Numbered from the stretch's first letter, positions 28,856 through 40,006 are shown. The stretch: 64,000 bases of DNA from Candidatus Zixiibacteriota bacterium (GCA_043819555.1 JBDREQ010000003.1:96001-160000), one strand, 5' to 3'. The notes: generated from the sequence alone by a model not told the origin. Translations and numbers: made by a program.

Positions 28856-29791
28856 CTAAACATATCTCATTCGCCTGTCTTTGCGGCGGATTAGTTCGTT
28901 GGCATATTCCTGGCCCAGCCATGATGCATTGTATTTGACCCATTCAGAAAACTTGGTTGGTCCGGTCGGTTCTGATTCAACAAATAACAGATTGCTCATC
29001 AAACCGTCGACTTCCGCGCGAGTGATAATGACGTCGTTTTTAAATTTGCTAATAAGTTGGCCCGTAAAACATGCCACAGCAGGAGGGATAGATAAAATTG
29101 GTTTATCAACACCTATAGCACTGGCAATGACTTTAACCAACTCTCGATATGTGAAAGTCTCGGGTCCGAGACAATCAATAATCACATTCTCTCGACTTCC
29201 GCCCGATTCGACCGCGATTTTGGCCAGATCGTCGACGAAAATGGGCTGCAATTTATATTCGCCATCGCCAAAAATGCCAAAGACCGGGAATTTCCTAAGG
29301 AGCCAGGCAATGTTGTTTGTTAATATATCCTCTCTGCCAAAAATCAAAGTTGGTCTCAAAATGGCGTACGATATTCCCGTATCTATCAGAGCTTTTTCCA
29401 GAACCGCCTTGCCTCTGAAATATTCAAGACGCGAATCCTCAGAAGGATTGGTGACACTGACATGAACGATCCGCTCAACCCCGGCCGCTTTAGCCGCCTC
29501 GAACAATTTTATGGTATTCTCAACCGCATCTGCATGTTTAAACAACTTGTGATTGAATCTCACCCAGTAAGTATTATACAGGACCGACACAGCCTCAAGA
29601 GAGTTTGTCAAATCCTCTGGATGGTTAAAACCTAAGGGATAAGCCCGGATTTTTCCTCCAAAAGAATTATCCCTTTCAGGAGAATTAGTCAATGTAATGA
29701 CTTCGCATCCTATGTTTAGGAGATGCCGAGCAATATATTTTCCCGTATATCCAAAAGCCCCTGTAACTGCGTGTATTTTTCCCTCATTCAT
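28856..29791 (-). CDS. NAD(P)-dependent epimerase/dehydratase (atypical SDR)
   Basis: VTGAFGYTG, YFRGK, LRPTLIFG, QPIFVDD. Confidence 0.85.
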   Translation of the reverse strand: MNEGKIHAVTGAFGYTGKYIARHLLNIGCEVITLTNSPERDNSFGGKIRAYPLGFNHPEDLTNSLEAVSVLYNTYWVRFNHKLFKHADAVENTIKLFEAAKAAGVERIVHVSVTNPSEDSRLEYFRGKAVLEKALIDTGISYAILRPTLIFGREDILTNNIAWLLRKFPVFGIFGDGEYKLQPIFVDDLAKIAVESGGSRENVIIDCLGPETFTYRELVKVIASAIGVDKPILSIPPAVACFTGQLISKFKNDVIITRAEVDGLMSNLLFVESEPTGPTKFSEWVKYNASWLGQEYANELIRRKDRRMRYV

Positions 29792-29803
29792 TTTGTATCC
29801 GGC

Positions 29804-30286
29804 TTATTCAAACCTGTTATCGGCCTTATTATCATCTTGCCTGTCAGCTTTATCAGACAACCAGCCGGTGCGCACGTCAGTTTCTTCATCGAAAGATGGA
29901 GTATATGGCTTAATATCTAATAGGGGTGTGCCGTCAAGCATGTCGATATTTTCTATATGCAACATATTCCCCTCGATTTTAACAAGTTTCACAACCGACA
30001 AACCAATCGCATTGGGTCTCCGGGGTGCGCGAGTGGCAAACAGCCCCCGCTCTACATCATCCAAATACGGAATGACTTTTAATTTGTATCCGGTTGACCG
30101 ATGCAAATGATACAGCAGAATTATGTGCGAAAATTTATCAAGATCGGCCAATCCTTCGATATAGTTTTTAAATATTTCAATCGTCCCCTTGACGTCTTTG
30201 CCCTTACCCGGTTGAATCGGAGTTCCTTTTTGTTCTATAAAAGGTGTATGAATAATTCCAATTGGTTCGAATTCTATCTTATCCAT
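29804..30286 (-). CDS. tsaA: tRNA m6t6A37 methyltransferase TrmO/TsaA
   Basis: PIGIIHTPF, GLFATRAPRRPNAIGLS, DMLDGTPLLDIKPY. Confidence 0.92.
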   Translation of the reverse strand: MDKIEFEPIGIIHTPFIEQKGTPIQPGKGKDVKGTIEIFKNYIEGLADLDKFSHIILLYHLHRSTGYKLKVIPYLDDVERGLFATRAPRRPNAIGLSVVKLVKIEGNMLHIENIDMLDGTPLLDIKPYTPSFDEETDVRTGWLSDKADRQDDNKADNRFE

Positions 30287-30289
30287 ATT

Positions 30290-31000
30290 TTAATCATCCC
30301 CCTTCTCACCATAATATATAATTGCCGTTCCAAAAGTCTGCCGATGAGCCTGGACATTGATAAACCCGCATTCTTTCATCAATGCGCAAAATTCATCAGG
30401 CACGGGAAAAGACTCAACCGATTTATCAAGATATTTATACGCCTTATAATCGCCCGACAAAATCCCCCCGATAACTGGCATGATTTTACGAAAATAAAAT
30501 TTGAAAAGTTCCGCCATAATCTTGTTCCCGGGAATCGCCGGTTCAATTATAACCAGCCGTCCTCTCGGAACCAGCGCTCGGATAATCTCCTGCAAAGCAT
30601 CTTTCTTCTCAATAATATTCCTGATACCAAACCCGATCGTTACGGCATGTACCGATTTGTCGGCGCAGGGTAATATGAGGGCGTCGGCTTGACACAAAAC
30701 AAGATTTCCCGAACCCGACAGATTCAATCTTTGCCCGGCAATACGAAGCATCTCTCCGGCAAAATCAATCCCGATGAGATTTATATTTTCTTGATAACTA
30801 TCTCCCAGAATTTTCAAAAAATCGCCCGTGCCACAGCATAAATCCAGAGCCGTCTTACCCGACAAATCCCCCAAAAGCCTGACCGCCTTTCGCCTCCAGC
30901 GCATATCATTAAATCCTGAAAGCAATCGATTCAATAAATTATAACGGGGGCTAATCCGATTGAACATTGTTCTGATATTTTGTCCGTGACTGTCGGCCAT
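30290..31000 (-). CDS. menG: Demethylmenaquinone methyltransferase (UbiE/MenG)
   Basis: MFNRISPRYNLLNRLLS, LDLCCGTGD, IGFGIRN, AYKYL. Confidence 0.88.
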   Translation of the reverse strand: MADSHGQNIRTMFNRISPRYNLLNRLLSGFNDMRWRRKAVRLLGDLSGKTALDLCCGTGDFLKILGDSYQENINLIGIDFAGEMLRIAGQRLNLSGSGNLVLCQADALILPCADKSVHAVTIGFGIRNIIEKKDALQEIIRALVPRGRLVIIEPAIPGNKIMAELFKFYFRKIMPVIGGILSGDYKAYKYLDKSVESFPVPDEFCALMKECGFINVQAHRQTFGTAIIYYGEKGDD

Positions 31001-31152
31001 AGATTTGAAAGTAACAATTAGTTGCGGCGAGGGCAAGCTCTTCAAAATAATTTGAAAAAACGAAAAATAAAGACAACCCTGAGTGTACAAATTTCGTCTA
31101 AAAAATACAAACATAAAAGATAGAGCGAGCTTGTTACCAAAGGAGGCGAAGT

Positions 31153-33702
31153 ATGCGGGTACGCAGGCAAGTTATAACGATTCTCGCTCTGTCAACCCTT
31201 CTTCTAATCGGCGCTGTATCAGCCGATGAAACCGAGAAAAAAGAAAGAACCATCCCGGAATTAAAAGCGTATCGAATTAATCCCCATCCCCCAAAAATTG
31301 ACGGCTTTCTTGATGATGAAGTTTGGAAATCAAAAGGCGTCGAGTTTGCGCGGGAATTCAAACAGCGCGTTCCTGAAGATGGCGCCGCGGCAACCGAATC
31401 GACTACTGTCGCCGTTGTCTATGATGATGATGCCATCTATTTCGCTTTCTGGAATTATGATTCGGAGCCGGAAAATATCGTCAGGCAAATGGTCCGCCGG
31501 GACAGGATCGGACAGGCCGATAATCTGGGCATCGTTATCGATCCCCACCACGATCATCAAACCGGTTATGAATTTGTGGTCAGTTCTTCAAATACGCAGT
31601 TTGATCGAACTTATTTCAATGATTCCTGGAGCGATCAGTCGTGGAATGGTGTCTGGGAAAGTGAGGTGCAGATACAGCCCTGGGGATGGTCGGCTGAGAT
31701 AAAAATCCCATACCACTGTCTGCGCTTTGCAGAAAAAGATGTTCACACATGGGGTGTTAATTTCAATCGCTGGATCTATCGCAAGATGGAGGATGTTTAT
31801 TGGTCGCACTGGCCACAGGGCGATAACGGCATTATTTCAAAAAACGGGCATTTGATCAACCTGGTGAATATTAAACCGGCCAGCCATTTTGAAATTATGC
31901 CGTTCACCGTGTCAAGCGCGGAATTATCGCCATCAACACCGGGTAATGACGGCAAAAGCACCTACGCCAATACAGGAGTGGATATCAAATACGGATTGAC
32001 CTCGAATCTGACTTTGGATGCGACAATTAATCCCGATTTCGGCCAGGTCGAACTCGATGCTCCGGTTCTTAATTTATCTGCCTTTGAGACCTATTATCCC
32101 GAACGAAGGCCGTTTTTCATCGAAGGCTCAAGTATGTTCAGCACTCCGTTTGATCTGTTCTATTCCCGCCGCATCGGTCGTACACCGCGAGGATACGCAA
32201 GCGATGATTCCTTACTCTATTCAACCGAGCGGCCAGATGCCACATCTATAATTGGAGCGGCTAAATTGACCGGAAAACTATCAGGAGGTACATCGCTGGC
32301 ATTCCTGACTGCCCAGACAGCCGAAGAACAGGAAGAGATCGGTATCGGTTATAGCAGGATAATCGGATATGATGATGACGGAAAACCAATAAGAGAATAC
32401 ATAGAGACTCGCCGCGAAAAACAAACTATCGAACCAACCGCCAATTATTCCGTCCTCAGATTGAAACAGGATATCTTGAATAATTCATATATCGGTTTGT
32501 TGGCGACTAATGCCAGCCAGAGTAAAAGAGATCCGGCCAACACCGGCGGCGTCGATTGGCGTCTGAGTACAAATAACAACAATTGGGGCACCAACGGCCA
32601 GATGGTGTACAGCAAAATCGATGGACAGAAGACTGGTTTTGGATTTTGGGGTGAACTTGAGAAATTATCGGGTAAGCATTGGCGCGGCAGCGCTTATGTT
32701 ATGATTATGGATCCCTATCTTAATCTCAATCATCTTGGGAGGAACAATACCAATGGCATAAGAGAAGGTGGCATGTGGGTTCAATACCGTACTGATAATC
32801 CCTGGTGGATTATCCAGCGTACATGGAATAATTTCAATATGTATGCCGGCTCTACCTATGATGGTTATAATTATGAAAAAGGCGGCAATGTCAATTTCAG
32901 CATTCAGTTTATCAATTATATGTCGCTAAACGGCGGGGTTGGCGTCCAGGCCGATGAATATGCTCCCTGGGAACTGCGCGGAAACGGTATCTGGGAATGG
33001 CCCAACAATCCGACCTATAACTGGTGGGCCAGTTTTAACACCGATTCCCGCAAAAAACTTTCGTTTAATGTAAATCCCGGAAGCGGCACCGATCGCGAGG
33101 GCCACTGGTGGGCCAATTATATCGGTTTCAATTATAAGCCGGTTAGCAACTTCGATATATCCCTTGGTGCCAATGTCAACCGCGACGTCGGAACGACACA
33201 TTTTGTGAGCAATGTGCCTGAAGTTTTGGAGTCCGGCGAAGTAGTGATGACATCCGTATTCGGCAATCGCCATCAGGACAGCTTTACACCCAGATTAACT
33301 TTCAATTTTGTCCCCAGTCCGAAACTGTCGGTTCAATTTTCGGCCCAGACACTGATATCATCGGTTTCACATGATGATTTCAGATATTACAGAGGCGGAA
33401 AAGAATATCAATATCTTAAGAAAGTCGATGATCCAACTACAGATGAAGATAATGATGAAGTGGCCTTGTATAATTCATTGAAAGCATCTTCGAATTACAA
33501 TTACTCAGCAATCAACTCAACTTTGTTGCTGCGCTGGGAATATATGCCCGGCAGTACATTGTATCTGGTCTGGACCCGTTCGCGGCCGGAAATTGATCGA
33601 GATGTTAACAATCTTGTAGTTTCCCGCGATTTGAAACGGCTATTCTCCGGCGACGATGATAATCTCTTTCTCATAAAGGCCTCATATTGGTGGAATATAT
33701 AA
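31153..33702 (+). CDS. Secreted/outer-membrane CBM9-like plus DUF5916 protein
   Basis: Signal peptide; PKIDGFLDDEVW, WSAEIKIPY, LDATINPDFGQVE, ERRPFFIEG, LFYSRRIG; ends IKASYWWNI. Confidence 0.8.
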   Translation: MRVRRQVITILALSTLLLIGAVSADETEKKERTIPELKAYRINPHPPKIDGFLDDEVWKSKGVEFAREFKQRVPEDGAAATESTTVAVVYDDDAIYFAFWNYDSEPENIVRQMVRRDRIGQADNLGIVIDPHHDHQTGYEFVVSSSNTQFDRTYFNDSWSDQSWNGVWESEVQIQPWGWSAEIKIPYHCLRFAEKDVHTWGVNFNRWIYRKMEDVYWSHWPQGDNGIISKNGHLINLVNIKPASHFEIMPFTVSSAELSPSTPGNDGKSTYANTGVDIKYGLTSNLTLDATINPDFGQVELDAPVLNLSAFETYYPERRPFFIEGSSMFSTPFDLFYSRRIGRTPRGYASDDSLLYSTERPDATSIIGAAKLTGKLSGGTSLAFLTAQTAEEQEEIGIGYSRIIGYDDDGKPIREYIETRREKQTIEPTANYSVLRLKQDILNNSYIGLLATNASQSKRDPANTGGVDWRLSTNNNNWGTNGQMVYSKIDGQKTGFGFWGELEKLSGKHWRGSAYVMIMDPYLNLNHLGRNNTNGIREGGMWVQYRTDNPWWIIQRTWNNFNMYAGSTYDGYNYEKGGNVNFSIQFINYMSLNGGVGVQADEYAPWELRGNGIWEWPNNPTYNWWASFNTDSRKKLSFNVNPGSGTDREGHWWANYIGFNYKPVSNFDISLGANVNRDVGTTHFVSNVPEVLESGEVVMTSVFGNRHQDSFTPRLTFNFVPSPKLSVQFSAQTLISSVSHDDFRYYRGGKEYQYLKKVDDPTTDEDNDEVALYNSLKASSNYNYSAINSTLLLRWEYMPGSTLYLVWTRSRPEIDRDVNNLVVSRDLKRLFSGDDDNLFLIKASYWWNI

Positions 33703-33729
33703 CACGCAACACCATGTTCGCTCCAACAG

Positions 33730-33760
33730 ACCCTCAAAGTTTTTACCCTGAGGGTTTTTT
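33730..33760 (+). terminator. Intrinsic terminator
   Basis: ACCCTCA...TGAGGGT followed by a T-tract. Confidence 0.6.
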
Positions 33761-33790
33761 AATTTATGGAAATTTGGAGGATATTTAAGA

Positions 33791-34648
33791 CTATTCTTTC
33801 CAACCCATTGGCTTTCGATGATAATCCTGAATCATTTGCCATGCTTCTTCCGCCGTCGAGGCATAGCGGAATAAATCAAGATCATTGGCATCGATAGTGC
33901 CTTCATTGACAAGAAAATCAATATTAATCAATTGCGCCCAGAAATCTTTGCCAAATAAAATAATGGGTATACGCCTGGTCTTATCAGTCTGGACCAATGT
34001 CAGAGCCTCAAATAATTCATCAAGAGTACCAAATCCGCCGGGAAAGGCGACGAGGGCTTTGGCCCGCATTAAAAAATGCATCTTTCTTACGGCGAAATAT
34101 CGAAATTGAAAGCATAAATCGGGAGTTATATATTGATTGGGCCTTTGTTCCATTGGCAGGGTAATATTCAAACCAATTGACTTGGCGCCGCAATCGTGGG
34201 CGCCCCGATTGGCGGCTTCCATAATGCCGGGTCCACCTCCGGTGACAATTACGAAATCGGCCCCATGAGAATTCTGAGATTCGCGCGAGACCAGCTCGGC
34301 AAACCGGCGGGCTTCGTCATAAAAACCTGATTTGGCTTCGATGCGCCGGGCAATGGACAGTCTTTTTAGAAGTTTAGGATTTCGCGGTTTATCTTTGAGT
34401 TGTGCTTCAATTTCTTTAATTTTTTTACTGCATTCTTTGGGTTCGGCGATGCGTGTGCCGCCAAAGACGACAATCGTTGAGCGAATATTATGTTCGAGAA
34501 GAGACAATTCAGTTTTGGCCATTTCCAATTGCAATCGTACCGGACGAAGTTCATCGAGCATTAAAAAATCGGAATCCTCAAATGCCAGACGATAGGAAGG
34601 TTCTGTTTCCCACCATTTATCTTTCCCGTTTTTCTTTTTACCTGTCAT
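33791..34648 (-). CDS. LOG family protein (TIGR00730)
   Basis: TGGGPGIMEAANRGA, FRYFAVRKMHF, FPGGFGTLDELFE. Confidence 0.92.
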   Translation of the reverse strand: MTGKKKNGKDKWWETEPSYRLAFEDSDFLMLDELRPVRLQLEMAKTELSLLEHNIRSTIVVFGGTRIAEPKECSKKIKEIEAQLKDKPRNPKLLKRLSIARRIEAKSGFYDEARRFAELVSRESQNSHGADFVIVTGGGPGIMEAANRGAHDCGAKSIGLNITLPMEQRPNQYITPDLCFQFRYFAVRKMHFLMRAKALVAFPGGFGTLDELFEALTLVQTDKTRRIPIILFGKDFWAQLINIDFLVNEGTIDANDLDLFRYASTAEEAWQMIQDYHRKPMGWKE

Positions 34649-34716
34649 AGTCGAGTTTTTTCCATAATTATTAAGAGTTTTCAGCCTAATAGATTTTTAA
34701 TCCAAACCTTTTCTTA

Positions 34717-35490
34717 TTAATCGGTACTGGAGACCACTAAGTCAACCTCTTCGCCGGGCAAAAGTTCAGTGCCCGGATCCTCAGATTGTTCCAAAACCGT
34801 TTCCGGCAAATAGTTTTCATTGACAATCCTTGTAACTAATCCAATCGCCAACCCCTTTTCTTCAAGCCGCTGGGTGGCTTCATCAAGCGACAAACCTATT
34901 AAACGAGGCACGAACACAGTCCGCTGATACGGTCCCTGGTTGACCATTAAATTGACTTCGCTGCCATAGGGAATTTTTTTTCCGAATGCCGGGAATGAAA
35001 ATACGACGACCTTTTCGGGCAGAGAATCGGCGCTGGTCCATTCAATGTCACCCAGAACGAATCCTTCCGCCTCAAGATTTAATTTGGCCTGCCGCACCGA
35101 AAAACCTCTCAATTCAGGAACCTCGACGGCTTTCTGCCCCAGCGAAATGACTACTTTCACAATCCGTCCCGCTTTTACCAGAGTGCCTCCCGATGGAAAT
35201 TGCGATAGTATCGTCCCGGTCGGTTTATCCGGATGATATTCTTCGGATGTAATTTGCAAAGATAAATCGGCTTCCATTAATATCGGTTCGGCTTCGACGA
35301 CTGTCATACCCTCGATATTGGGAAGTGAAAACTCATTGCCGTGACGGGTAACGATTGGCATCACAAAAGAGTTTAGTATCAAGAACAAAATATAGAAAAT
35401 TATCAGTGTCGCAATTACCCTCGTTGTTATTTTCCCCCACTTGCTATTTGTCCACGGAATTTTATTATCCAGATATGATTTTATCGACAT
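34717..35490 (-). CDS. Membrane-anchored triple PASTA-domain protein
   Basis: One TM helix followed by three repeats (LPNIEG, VPELRG, VPRLIG). Confidence 0.88.
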   Translation of the reverse strand: MSIKSYLDNKIPWTNSKWGKITTRVIATLIIFYILFLILNSFVMPIVTRHGNEFSLPNIEGMTVVEAEPILMEADLSLQITSEEYHPDKPTGTILSQFPSGGTLVKAGRIVKVVISLGQKAVEVPELRGFSVRQAKLNLEAEGFVLGDIEWTSADSLPEKVVVFSFPAFGKKIPYGSEVNLMVNQGPYQRTVFVPRLIGLSLDEATQRLEEKGLAIGLVTRIVNENYLPETVLEQSEDPGTELLPGEEVDLVVSSTD

Positions 35491-35559
35491 AATGGAAAAC
35501 GATGCCTCACCATTGATTTGCCATACTTATTATACCAATAAAGCATGTTAGGGATTTTT

Positions 35560-36930
35560 TTAATTCGCGCCAAGCCTTTTCTTAAGTCTGACACAAAAGG
35601 CGCCATCCAAGTTTTCAATGGCGGGATAAGTTTTTGTAAAACCTCGTTCATTGATCAATTCGGGGGGAATGAATCGGCTGGGAACATCAACGGTAAAATC
35701 GCGCCGCTCCAGTAAAAATTCCTCGATGATAGAATCATTCTCATCACGAATTATTGTGCAGGTTGAGTAAACCAGAATCCCTCCCGGAGCAACCATATCG
35801 GCGGCATGCCTGAGAAGGCGAGCCTGCAATTCGGCCAGTTTCAACGAATCGCCGCGATCCTTCATCCACCTCAGATCGCTATGTTTGCCCACGACTCCCC
35901 AGCCGCTGCAAGGTACATCGATTAGAACCCGGCTGCAGGCCGGTCCTTTGAAATCAAAGACATCACAGACAACGGGAATTATATTGGTCACACCCAATTT
36001 TTTTGCATTAGCCAATAACGTTTCTAATCGATTGAAATTTATATCGACCGCGGTTATTCTACCGCGATTATTCATAAGAAGCGCGGCGTACGTCGCTTTC
36101 CCTCCCGGCGCGGCGCAAAAATCTATAATCTCATCATCCGGTTGAGGATTTAAAAGCCTTACGGGAAACCCGGCTGATTCATCCTGAACATAAACTCGGC
36201 CTTGTCCGATTAATTCCTTTTCCAGAGGAATCCCCTGCTGTTGAATATAGAAATAATCCTCGAGATAAGTTCCCCGGCTATAGTGAATATTATTTTTCTC
36301 GAAAAGCTCGATGAGATTTTCAGAGCTATAATTGAGACCATTGATTCGATAAGTCAGTTGTGGCGGTTGATTACCTCGGCGCAAAACATTTTCTGCGTGC
36401 GTCATTCCAAATTCATTGATGCAATACTCGACAAACCAGTCGGGGTAACTATAATAATTGGCCAGATACTCAGCTGGAAATTCCCGCCGTTCGGGGAATA
36501 TCACCTTTTCCGGTGAACGCAGGTAATTTCTTAAAATAGCATTAACAAATGAGCCCCGCGATTGATGAACCAATCCCCGGGCGAGGTTTACCGATTCTGA
36601 GACCGCCGCTCCGGGGGGGATGCGATCGGTGTAAATCAATTGATACAATCCAAGTCGAAGAATGTTTCGGGAAACTCTATCAAGTCGAGCGTTAGGCCGT
36701 TGAAGGTAAAACGAATACGTAAAATCAAGCCGCCGTTTCATTTTTATTACGCCGTGACAAAGTTGTCTCAGAAAACGGCAATCAAGATCAGTAAAATCCG
36801 AACCTTCGACAACATGGTTAATAGCGTTATCGCTATGCCATCCTCTTTCGAAGACCAGCCCCAGTGCATGAATACAGGCTGCCCTGACGGGATCATATTT
36901 TTTACCTCTTTTTTCTTGAGGATTAGTCAA
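35560..36930 (-). CDS. rsmB: 16S rRNA m5C967 methyltransferase
   Basis: NusB-like N-terminus, VQDES, DFCAAPGGK, DVPCSG, YSTCT. Confidence 0.92.
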   Translation of the reverse strand: MTNPQEKRGKKYDPVRAACIHALGLVFERGWHSDNAINHVVEGSDFTDLDCRFLRQLCHGVIKMKRRLDFTYSFYLQRPNARLDRVSRNILRLGLYQLIYTDRIPPGAAVSESVNLARGLVHQSRGSFVNAILRNYLRSPEKVIFPERREFPAEYLANYYSYPDWFVEYCINEFGMTHAENVLRRGNQPPQLTYRINGLNYSSENLIELFEKNNIHYSRGTYLEDYFYIQQQGIPLEKELIGQGRVYVQDESAGFPVRLLNPQPDDEIIDFCAAPGGKATYAALLMNNRGRITAVDINFNRLETLLANAKKLGVTNIIPVVCDVFDFKGPACSRVLIDVPCSGWGVVGKHSDLRWMKDRGDSLKLAELQARLLRHAADMVAPGGILVYSTCTIIRDENDSIIEEFLLERRDFTVDVPSRFIPPELINERGFTKTYPAIENLDGAFCVRLKKRLGAN

Positions 36931-37030
36931 AATGTCTCCATTTTGTCCCGGCTTAAATGTCCGGAGTTGCTGCTTAAACTAAGGCGCTCATTAAAGTTAT
37001 CGGCTTATTTCCTCGTTTGTTAACGCCAAA

Positions 37031-39556
37031 TTACATTAATGCGCTCAACGGATCAAGGTATATTCCATCATCGTTTACATAACCCATCTTCGCACGATGA
37101 AAATGAAATGATGATATTTGGCCCGCATCAAATAATTCCAGCGCCTCAAGCACTTCGCTGGGTTTTGCGTATCCACCCTGGCCAAGCCCCAATTCCATTT
37201 CAATTATTGCTTTCGGTATTGAGTCGATCAATTCCAAATGATAGATTGCCCGTCTTATCTCAACCGCTTTTCCACCATCTTTGGTTGTCCTTATGGCGAT
37301 AATCGAATCATTTTCCAACAATTTTCCAATTGCACCACGCAAAGAGTCCAAGTCTTCAAAATCGCCGCTTATATGATAATTGGCGCGATTCAGTAGCGTC
37401 GAAATGGCGGGAGCTTTCGAAAAAATCTGTTTATATTCCCTGATAAAAAAATCTTCCGGCAAAGTTTGTGATAACGCATCCAAATGGGACTTAAGACAGC
37501 TTCCTTCGGTTTGAATATCCAGATACTCCGCGTCGGAACTATATCCGTGAGGCAATGGCGGACCAAAAGACAGTTTTTGATGAGGATGAAAGCCCTGGCT
37601 ATAAACAACAGGCAACTGCGCTCTACGAATCGCGCGCTCAAAGACTCTGTTATTTTCGAGATGCGATAAAAACCTGACCAATCCTTTCTTACCCCATTTG
37701 ATTCTTAGTTTGCCCCTGGCGGGACTGACCGAAGACGCGGCCGCCGTAATTTTGCGTTTGCGGCGGCCATACATATCGGAATCATTTTCCGTAACCGTTT
37801 GAGACTCCTGGTTATCTCCACGTTCAAGAACTTGAATAGCGTCGGCAGATGATTTTGCTCTTTCCTTCTGAAGTTTTTCTTTTGATTGGCCTCGGTCTAT
37901 ATGATCCCACGGAAGCTTAGCCGAAAAACTCATAGCCTGGGCATAGGCATTTATGTTTAGATTCTGATTTTCGAAAGCAGCATGCCAAATTTCAGGTTGA
38001 AAATACTCTGACCATCCGTCAAAGCGAGCTCCATTCTTATAGGCATCTAAAATAACTTTTCCCAGTCTTCGATCGCCCCGGCCAATGACGCCTTCAAGAA
38101 ATGACAACTGGGGATTTCTAAATTTAAGATTTACTTCTCGTGCCCGAATGCTCCGCCTGATTATTTCCTGTTTTCTCTGAATTTCATCTGGGGGACATAT
38201 TTCATCCCATTGATAAGGCGTATGTGCTTTTGGAGAAAATGGCGAAAGCGTCACATTTATCCGTTTTTGGCCTCTGAATTTTCGACCCAAATCGGCGACT
38301 TTCATTATCAAATCCGTGATGCCATAAATATCGTCATCAGTTTCAGTCGGCAACCCTATCATAAAATAGAGTTTTACCAGTTGCCAGCCTTTTTCAAACG
38401 CGATCTGGCAGGCATTAAGCAAATCTTCTTCTTTAATGTTTTTATTAATGACCTGGCGCATTCGTTCGCTGCCGACTTCGGGAGCGAACGTCAAACCGGT
38501 TTTATGCGATTCACTCGCGGCTTCAGCCATTTTCCTGGTAAAGCTCGCGGGTCTAAGAGAAGGAAATGAGACCGATACCTTGTGTTTTTCAAGGTCGGCC
38601 GACAGCGAGACAATCAAATCCTCAATACCCGGATAATCGGTGCTGGATAACGATAACAACCCGACTTCATCATAGCCGGTGATAGCAATATTTTTTATCA
38701 CCTGTTTCTTTATTTCCGGAATCCTGCGGACCCGAACCGGCTTATAAATTTTCCCGGCCTGGCAAAAACGGCAACCCTGAGGACAACCCCGCATGATTTC
38801 TACGGCGATTCGATCATGAGTCGTCTCCGTCAGCGGCATAATGGGCAATTCGGGATAATATTCGGCTTTTAATTCGGGAGCATGACTGGAGACGATTTTT
38901 TCCGGAATACCGTCGATAGTAGGCTTCAAGCTTACAGCATCGTAGAATGAAGGAACGTATATTGATTTCAAATCGGCTAGTTGCCGCAGGCGCTCCCTTC
39001 GAGGCTGGCCCTTTCCAGAAATTAACACCTCCAAAAGTTTTGGCATTTGTTCTTCGACTTCACCGATATAAATAAAATCGAAAAAATCGGCCATTGGCTC
39101 GGGATTAAAGCAGATTGGCCCTCCGGCGGCGATTAATGGATGATTGTCATCTCTGTCGCTCGCCAATAAGGGAATTCGTGCCAGATCCAGCATGGCCAGG
39201 ACATTAGTATAGACCATTTCATACGACAGGCTGAAGCCAATTAGATCGAATTGATTTAGCGGCCGGTGAGATTCCAAAGTAAAAAGAGCAATGTCTTCCC
39301 GGCGCATTAAATCGCCGGCGTCAGGAGCGGGAGTGTAAACTCGTTCGCAAAGAACATCATTACGATCATTGAAGAGATGATACAGGATTTGACCGCCAAG
39401 ATAAGACATTCCGACTTCATACATATCCGGATAGGCAAGGGCTATTTGGAATTTTCCGGATGGATTTTTTTTTATCTGACCGATTTCACAGCCGATATAT
39501 CGGGCGGGTTTTTCCACGAAGGGGAAAAATTTTTTCTCGAGTTGTTCTCTCAACAT
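37031..39556 (-). CDS. B12-binding radical SAM protein (TIGR03960) fused to a TIGR03936/DUF2344 domain
   Basis: VEKPARYIG, YPDMYEVGMS, RGCPQGCRFC, FAPEVG; C-terminal RFLSHLE...YSQGFHPH. Confidence 0.88.
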   Translation of the reverse strand: MLREQLEKKFFPFVEKPARYIGCEIGQIKKNPSGKFQIALAYPDMYEVGMSYLGGQILYHLFNDRNDVLCERVYTPAPDAGDLMRREDIALFTLESHRPLNQFDLIGFSLSYEMVYTNVLAMLDLARIPLLASDRDDNHPLIAAGGPICFNPEPMADFFDFIYIGEVEEQMPKLLEVLISGKGQPRRERLRQLADLKSIYVPSFYDAVSLKPTIDGIPEKIVSSHAPELKAEYYPELPIMPLTETTHDRIAVEIMRGCPQGCRFCQAGKIYKPVRVRRIPEIKKQVIKNIAITGYDEVGLLSLSSTDYPGIEDLIVSLSADLEKHKVSVSFPSLRPASFTRKMAEAASESHKTGLTFAPEVGSERMRQVINKNIKEEDLLNACQIAFEKGWQLVKLYFMIGLPTETDDDIYGITDLIMKVADLGRKFRGQKRINVTLSPFSPKAHTPYQWDEICPPDEIQRKQEIIRRSIRAREVNLKFRNPQLSFLEGVIGRGDRRLGKVILDAYKNGARFDGWSEYFQPEIWHAAFENQNLNINAYAQAMSFSAKLPWDHIDRGQSKEKLQKERAKSSADAIQVLERGDNQESQTVTENDSDMYGRRKRKITAAASSVSPARGKLRIKWGKKGLVRFLSHLENNRVFERAIRRAQLPVVYSQGFHPHQKLSFGPPLPHGYSSDAEYLDIQTEGSCLKSHLDALSQTLPEDFFIREYKQIFSKAPAISTLLNRANYHISGDFEDLDSLRGAIGKLLENDSIIAIRTTKDGGKAVEIRRAIYHLELIDSIPKAIIEMELGLGQGGYAKPSEVLEALELFDAGQISSFHFHRAKMGYVNDDGIYLDPLSALM

Positions 39557-39559
39557 AAG

Positions 39560-39584
39560 AAAAAACCCCGGCATGGCCGGGGTT
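39560..39584 (-). terminator. Hairpin/terminator after the 61-aa gene
   Basis: AACCCCGGC-atg-GCCGGGGTT followed by a minus-strand T-tract. Confidence 0.6.
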
Positions 39585-39588
39585 CGAG

Positions 39589-39774
39589 TTAGCCGTAAAT
39601 TTCGGCTTCGTTACATTTGCAAACCCCGACAGGTTTATTGGAAAATCTCCAATTACCTTCTTTTTTCTGCGCGCGCACCAGCTTTATGTGGCTGATTTCG
39701 TTCTGACAGATAGGACATATATCAACCTGTTTTTTCTTGTTGGCTTTGTCCGCAAATGACTGCTTCTTTGCCAT
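39589..39774 (-). CDS. Small basic Cys-containing protein (possible zinc ribbon)
   Basis: GAGGAG RBS; MAKKQSFADK...CPIC...CKC. Confidence 0.7.
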   Translation of the reverse strand: MAKKQSFADKANKKKQVDICPICQNEISHIKLVRAQKKEGNWRFSNKPVGVCKCNEAEIYG

Positions 39775-39994
39775 GACTCAGATTCTCCTCTATTACTATT
39801 TCAGTTTTCTCAAGTTTTAATTTCTCAATTCTCAAAACGGCCATTAATTTAGTCGATTCTTTTATAATTTTCAACCCCTTACTGCCGGAAAATTCATTTC
39901 CGCTAGCCTCAAATTCCTTATCGGCAGAAATATAATCTTTTTTGTGCAGGGCTTCAAGAGCCCGGCAATAAGCTTTTTCCTCAAAACTCAGCAT
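39722..39994 (-). CDS. Hypothetical protein
   Basis: Operon position; helical, TPR-like; overlaps the downstream gene by 53 bp. Confidence 0.45.
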   Translation of the reverse strand: MLSFEEKAYCRALEALHKKDYISADKEFEASGNEFSGSKGLKIIKESTKLMAVLRIEKLKLEKTEIVIEENLSHGKEAVICGQSQQEKTG

Positions 39995-40006
39995 AATTCT
40001 ATACGC